This document shows, one piece after another, positions 57,836-64,000 of a DNA stretch of 64,000 nucleotides. The notes beneath the pieces were generated by a model. That model saw only the letters and a list, made by a program, of their open reading frames with translations, searched no databases and had not been told where the DNA came from. Within the stretch, counting starts at the first letter, position 1. Each line of letters starts with the position of its first letter. Source of the DNA: Lophium mytilinum (Eukaryota); assembly GCA_010093605.1 (NCBI GenBank), contig MU004183.1:248001-312000 (forward strand), read 5' to 3'. The translations under genes were made by a program, and so were the position numbers.

Positions 57836-59280
57836 TCAAACCTGGAATGCCTCGCAACAAAAGGCAGCAACGAGGCTCCCACACGTATTGCCGAAGTATT
57901 CGAGGCAGTAAACGTGGCTACAATTAGTGCGAATAGGATTTTCGGCTTCGGTCCAACATGCGGTACAGTCTTCGTTAGCGAGTGTCGTATTTGGTGCCTC
58001 GACTTGCAAGGCCTTTCCTTGAATCATTGTCAGAGTAGAAAGATATTGCTCCTCGGTGCCAGTGACGATAATCCGTTTCGGACGTGAGAAGACATCGAAG
58101 GTGACTGCATCGTCTCCAAGGACAGCAATAATCTGCTTCAGTCCCCCGCTACAAGCAAAGAGGAAATCGTCCGGATCCAGCTCAATGACATGGGTCGCTG
58201 TAGGTTCAGCTCTCACAGTCTTCAAAACGGCCTCCAGAACTTTCGGATTTTTCTCATGAGAGCCAAAGAATTTCAGGTGCTTCTTTGCCTTGTCGCGGAT
58301 AAGGAGAACTCCATGCTCATCTTGAATCTGTTTGATGAGACGATATGTCGTTCCGTTGCTAGAAAGAGCCGCACTCCAGACTGGCACTCCTGCATCCTCA
58401 ATAGTCTCTCCGGCAATGGTTCGCTCCAATAGATTTGTCGCGTTGGAGACGTCTTTGGTGTTCTCGCCCTCAACTTTCAGTGTCGTGAACCGCTGAAGCG
58501 GGTCCGTGTTGCGGTACACTTTGTACTGAAGATGCGCTTCCCTCCATTGTTTAGCACGTATGGCAAGCTGCTCAATTAGAGCATCGTAGATCAATGTAGG
58601 TATCTTGAACTTTGCCGAGTTGACCGGCTGCACCGTCAATTTTCCTGTATTCAGAAAGTCTTGACTTTGATCATGCAGCGTACGGACAGACTCTCGAGCA
58701 TCCGCTTCCTCTTCAAACCTCGCTACTGCTTTGAACCGTTTTCCATGCGACTGGGAGCCAAATTAGAACTCGTTAGGTCCGATGTTGGCGAATAAAGACT
58801 CAACAAAAACAGCCGTGGTCTCTGGGCTAAAGGACTCCCCACACTTGCCCAGTTCATAGTGTTGTGGTCTATCTTCCCTTAAATATACTAAGGATTCAAT
58901 GTTGGGCCTTATAGCGTAGCTCGGCACACCTCTTAAACTCAAAGTCCACGCTACGAGGTTTCTGCCACGGGAGGGACTATGCTTGGGCGGATCAGCACTA
59001 ATTTTCTAACCTAGGATTTTGTATAGACCACTAATAAATCTCTTATTGGCTTGGCTACATCTTGGTTTCTAAAACTTATCCAGACAGCGCGGGTAGGTTT
59101 ATACCAAGATATATAAACTTTTCTACAGCTAACTCGGCGGCCAGCAGCTCCCGATGTAGTCGATGATGAGGTAGATTGAGCTTCAAGTATGACAGCCTGA
59201 GGATTAGTCCTCGATTTGACTTTCGAGCAAAAATTCCTGGCAAATAGCGGATCCTCGACTTTGACTAGTGTACCAGCTAA
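57836..59280 (-). pseudogene. Truncated, RIP-damaged relic of a fungal RRM/KH-like + RING (RBR-type E3 ligase-like) gene
   Basis: The frame reads VKVEDPLFARNFC...RRVSCRKVYISWYKPTR...LYKILG*KI...GPNEF*FGS...KRFKAVARFEEEADAR...KLTVQPVNSAKFKI. It has in-frame TAG/TAA stops (for example 58763-58765) and an apparent frameshift near 59045. The RING is broken (CTACW...CSHVYCLEY) and no IBR follows. Confidence 0.75.
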
Positions 59281-59483
59281 TTCTCCTAACCTTAGAAACT
59301 AAGATATAGCCAAGCTGGTAAGAGATTTAGTAGTAGTCTGTATAAAATCCTAGGTTAGAAAATTAGTGCTAATCCGCCTAAGTATAGTCTCTCCCGTGGT
59401 AGAAACCCTGTAGCGTAGACTTTAAGTTTAAGAGGTGTGCCGAGCTACGCCACAAGGCCTAATATTATATCCTTGAAGATTTA
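58880..59483. repeat. Inverted repeat, arms about 58880-59072 and 59292-59483, spacer about 220 bp
   Basis: gcgtagctcggcacacctcttaaact and agcactaattttctaacctaggatttt occur in reverse complement in the right arm. Mismatches are almost all transitions. Confidence 0.93.
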
Positions 59484-59563
59484 GCGGTTCTTATTAATAA
59501 GAGAAGCTCTTAGCTTCGAGAGTATTACTTGTACCCACCTATCTTCTCTCCACGGACGTCAAC

Positions 59564-61311
59564 CTAATATCCCAGCTCCTGTGCACTGTCCTTGAATCCC
59601 TTTAACAACCCCTCCAGCGCGCCCTTCTGCAAGTTGCCATTCACAACAACCCTAAAGAATTTCCCCCTCTCCCCCGGCGCGAAGTCCACCATCCACCCCT
59701 TCGTTACCAACGCCTTTGCCACCGCCTCCGTAATCTTACTGTTCTCCTCCACATCGTCTCCCAACTTCCCCCCTCGAGCCCAGTAGAAGCAGACTTGTAA
59801 ACAAGGCAGCGGCTCCGGGCTGACCACCACAAAGTCCCCGCTCTCTTTCAGTAATTTGAGGAGAAACGTCCCATTCTCGTAAGCCCGCCCCACCAGATCC
59901 GAGAAATGCTGCTGACCATAATACTGCAGCGCAAGCCAAACCTTCAGCGCGTCTCCCCGTCTCCCACACTGCGGCGTCAACTCCGCAAGGTCATACACCT
60001 CCCTCACATCTTCATGCGCGCTGTGGAACAAATACCCAGCCTCGAGCCGCAGAGCCGCCCAGAACTGCCGCAGATCGCGCGTGAGCAAGAACGAGCACGT
60101 CATAGGCACGCCGAGCATCTTGTGCGGCGTAACCGCCACCGAATCCGCGCGCTCAATCCCCGCCAGCCTGCTCTTCTTGTACTCCTCATTAAACACAACA
60201 GACCCGCCCCATGAGCCATCGACGTGCAACCACATGTTCTCCTTCTCGCAAATGTCTTTGATAGCGTTGAAGGGGTCAAAGGAGCCGAGCACTGTGGTGC
60301 CCGCCGTGGCGTTGACGAAGAGGGGAGTTTCGCCCCGCGCTTTGCTTTCTGCGACTAGGCGGGACAGTTCGGACGGTTTGATTCGGCCATCTGCGTCGAT
60401 GGGAACGCTTTTTACCGCATTGCTGCCGAAGCCGAACATCTGGGCGGCTTTTTCGAGGGAGTAGTGGCCGTGTGCGCTTGTGAAGAGGGAAAATTTGTAA
60501 GAGCCTAGCCCATCAGTCTTAGTCTGCGGGTAGAGCGTATTGCGTGCGATGGCGAGAGCGGTGCTGTTGGAGGCCGAGCCACCGGGTTGCGATATTCCGC
60601 CCGCGTGAGGACCTGAGAAACCGAACAGAGAAGCCAGGTGGGTTGTCGTTTGCTTCTCGATGAGAGTGAGGACGGGCGAGACTTGGTAGACGTGGACCTA
60701 GCGGATTGGTTGGTATGCAATCTGTGGGAAAGCTTGACTGGGGTGTTTTGTTACGTTTGTGTTCAGCACAGCGAGTAGGAGTTCAGACACAACGCCGACC
60801 TTCACGAAGCACATGTCAGCCCACATTCGACCATAATTGCGAAATGGGGATTGAAATTGAAGATGCTGCAAGGACAGCCCACCGCATTCGTACCCGCGTA
60901 GAGCTTGTCGAGGAAGCCCACGTCCCATGTGTTGACGCTATATTTCAACACTTTCTCGATTGTCTCCAATAGGCCTTCCTTCCCTCGTCCTTCGCCAGGG
61001 ACGCTTAAAGCCAGGAGCGGCTCTAGTTTATGTGGAGGGTGGTGTTCGACCAGTGCGGTTCGTGGCCCGCCACCTTGGATAACGAGTCCATGACCGGTGT
61101 GCTTTGTGGCGGCATCAACGTCGGCGGAGTGGATGAAGGGTACGATGAGATCTTTGACCGCGTCTAGTAACTGTATGTAGGTGATTAGCTGCTGCGAACT
61201 TTGTGTATGCTGGTCGTGGTGTAAAGGTACATCTTTGACTTCTTCTGCGCGATTGAGTGCGGGGTCCTGTCCCTTAGTGATGCCGTTCTGATGGCCATTG
61301 GGGGTAGCCAT
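59564..61311 (-). CDS. Group II PLP-dependent decarboxylase (glutamate/aspartate/cysteine-sulfinate decarboxylase-like), 4 exons
   Basis: Exons 61311-61231, 61170-60883, 60799-60755, 60697-59564. Motifs VNTWDVGFLDKLYA, NTNVHVYQVSP, HGHYSLEKAA, WLHVDGSWGG, and the PLP lysine in TPHKMLG. The substrate cannot be determined from sequence. Confidence 0.92.
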
Positions 61312-61529
61312 CGCAAACACAGAAATAGTTGTAAGAAAGTTAGTGAGAGGGCGTTCGTGAAGCTTTAAACAATGAATGACGATAGAGAAAGAAGTGGATA
61401 CGATTGCGACATCGCGATCGAAAAAAGTATAAATTATTTTTCTGCCACTTCACCGCCTAATGTTCCGCTTCTATACTCCTTCCTACGACGTTGGTATCTG
61501 TGAGCAAACTTCAAATTAAGTTTTCCATT

Positions 61530-63706
61530 TTACGCTGTGACCGCCGCCTTTCCCTTTCCCTTTGCGGCCTTATGCAGCTCCTTTTCCGTTGTCTTTGCTT
61601 CTCGTTCTTTTTGCTTCTTACTGGCAGCATACTTCTGTCTGGCCAGCTCAATCGCCGAAAGGTGCTTGCCACCCTTCTCTGCCTCCCTTCTACCATCTCC
61701 TCTGGGCTCCGGGAAGGACTGAAATCCTTCGTTACCCGCGCTGGTCCGTGATTCCTTCACCCAATCTCCTCTCCTCCTTTTGTACAAGTCCATTCTCCAA
61801 TTCCTCCAAACTGCGCGGCCTACAAAACTCTCACGCATTGCTGCTTCGTTTTCAGCGAGTTCCTCTGCAATGCGCTCCCGGATGAAGGCAAGTCCGTGCG
61901 TTCCCTCCCACACCGAATCAATAACATGCGAAGCCGCAGGGTCAAGCGACATTTCAGCGATGTGTCCGTAGAACTGTTGGATGATCTTGCGGCGGAAGAT
62001 GACTGTTGCAATGGGTGAGGTCAGGGCTGCCTGGAGTGTTCGTGATGCGGTGGGATCGCGTGCAATCTGAAGAGAGAGAGATGATCCTACACGAGCTAGA
62101 GAGTCGAATATTAGGTTACTGAGTGGACCAGGAACAGCGAGCATAGCTTGAGCGAGAAGCGAGCCGTGGAGTCTGTCAGGATGCGATTGATGCGATGTTG
62201 ATTCTGAAGATTTCTTGCCATCCTCTGAAGGAGCGTCGCCGCCGAGTTTGAGGAGGCGCGAAATTTCAAACCCGTTCACCCCGCTGTATCCTGCTTCCAG
62301 TTGAGCAGCAATAGGAGCAGTAGATACGCCGCGGATTATGCAACGTTCAATTAAGGTCTTGATGACAACTGTTCTGTTTCGTTCCACAAGCCCTGGTATT
62401 TGCTCCACAATCAGATGCATCGCTTCTTCCAGATCTTCCTTGTTCAGTCTTTCGAGAATCTTTCCTACCACATATCCCGCGATCTCGTTCCTGGCTAGAC
62501 TGCCCATTCGGTCTTTGAAGAATTCGCGATATAGGGCCTTGAACATTTTTCCAGGTGCAAATTCGATGATGGTCTCCAGTAGTCGAGAGCCGATAGGGCT
62601 ATATATTAGGCCATTAATAAATGACGCACTCTCCGTTCCTTCTGCAATTGGGTCGTCGGGAAGTAGTCTGTGTATTATAGAGTTCTCGTCTTTCGCCCTC
62701 TGTTTCCCGAATTCTGATAGTTCTAGTTGGAGGAGAAGCTGTAGAGTAGGATTTCCAGTTTGGTGTAGTGCCAGTGCTCGCAGATAAGTGGTATCAAGCC
62801 CAGACACGCTATCATTGATGATCTTTTCCAATGCGCCAGTGAAAGCCTCGGGCACTGTCCGCTTCTCGAGGGTGAGTTCCTTGGATCTTTCTACTCCGGT
62901 CACACCAACCTTCTCCTTCCTCTTGCTCTGAACCGGCGACTTTTTACTCGATTGGGAGAAGGGGAGACCGGCTAGTACCAGTAGAAGGACACGCAGGGTG
63001 TGTGATGCATAGGGATCGGTCATAAGGTAGCCCAAGTAGCCTTCAAGCTCGTTTATGGCAAAGAGGTACAGATTCTCCATTGATGCCACGATTTCGTTTG
63101 GGTCGGATGATGTTTGGTCCTCCAGCGGTGCAACCATTTCTTGTGTGACCATCGGAGCCGCGTGTATGAACAGGGCCTCGCAGCAGTGGGAAGCGAATCG
63201 GTGTTGTACGAGGTTCAGGAAGCTGTAGAGAGTCAGAAGGCGCCGAAATTTCCTCGTGGCTGTTGCACTTACTGTCCATTGAATTTCTGGAACAGCGACT
63301 TGAGCTGTGCAGGCGTAGACAGTAAAATCAGTCGCTCCATGAGGCGCGAGCAAGACTGGCTGTTTGCGATCTTCAGCTCCTTCTCCTCGGCTTCCTGGTA
63401 CACATTCTCGAGAAACAGGGCGCGCTCTTCGGGTCCTTCAAACTGGTTCAGCTCGAGCAGCTCGTCGGCGCGCTTGAAGTACTCCTGCTCCTCCTCATCC
63501 AGCTGGCCGTAGTAGGGCATCTCCTCCGGATGGGGGACGCCATCGAGGCCCTCGAAGTACTGCTGCTCGCTGTCAAACGGAGCGAACTCCTGCTGGCCGT
63601 CAATCGACTTTTTGTGGCGCTTGTGGGTGGCATCGTCGTCATGGCCGTCGCGCTTGCGCTTCTTCTCCTCTTCGCGGCGGCCGCGCTTCCTGTTCTCCTT
63701 GGGCAT
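61530..63706 (-). CDS. NOP9: Nucleolar protein 9 (Pumilio-repeat 18S rRNA biogenesis factor)
   Basis: Exons 63706-63273 and 63222-61530. Motifs [51 protein letters not shown]. Confidence 0.93.
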
Positions 63707-64000
63707 GGCGGTGGGTGGTGGTGGTCAGGTCTGCTAAGGAAGGTGGGAAAATGCAGAAATCTTGCAGGGTTGCGGAGGGGAGCGGTGCAGTAGAGATCGG
63801 CGCGCAGGGGCGAGAAAAGATTATTTCAAGGATGCTCAGGTTCTGGAGAATCAGGCCATGAGACACGACAGCACCACGTCAATGCAGCGAGCCGCCAATG
63901 TTCTACTCGCTCCTTTGCAGTCGAAGTTTGTTTGCAGGTGGAGCCGCGATGAGGCGTTGCATACGCTCGCCCGAGCGAGGTTCCACGTTTATTCTAGCGA

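Noticed and set aside
58880..59483. MITE or DNA transposon with long terminal inverted repeats
   Set aside because: The left arm and spacer continue the pseudogene's coding sequence, and no target-site duplication or transposase was seen.

Overview
This is 64 kb of intron-containing genomic DNA from a filamentous ascomycete (Pezizomycotina; inferred from the gene set and the roughly 50-nt GT-AG introns with CTRAC/CTAAC branch points). All gene models were spliced by hand and checked for frame. Family assignments come from recalled motifs, not database searches. Left to right the window contains: (1) the divergent FAS1/FAS2 fatty acid synthase pair; (2) an accessory island with an intact alpha/beta-hydrolase (SesB-like)-NB-ARC-TPR fungal NLR carrying near-identical 126-bp repeats, head-to-head with a DUF6601-like membrane protein gene; (3) a complete six-gene N-acetylglucosamine catabolism and signalling cluster (DAC1, NGS1/nag3, RON1, hxk3, NGT1, NAG1) which, with SFH5, is bracketed by two same-orientation paralogous BTB-like genes, one apparently carrying a captured TFIIS-N/IWS1-like module; (4) housekeeping genes (DAP1, HOM6, a CCDC174-like gene, a methyltransferase, a PLP decarboxylase, NOP9); (5) three tandem, highly diverged orphan paralogs sharing an unrecognised helical domain and a positionally conserved CATTGT upstream motif; (6) an RBR-E3-like pseudogene whose 5' part is replaced by an inverted self-duplication with RIP-type mutations. 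No rRNA, tRNA, CRISPR array or intact transposon was found. The best candidates for undescribed biology are the NLR/DUF6601 pair, the orphan triplet, the BTB paralogs flanking the GlcNAc cluster, and a repeated GATAGYYGCGTYG element in the cluster's promoters.
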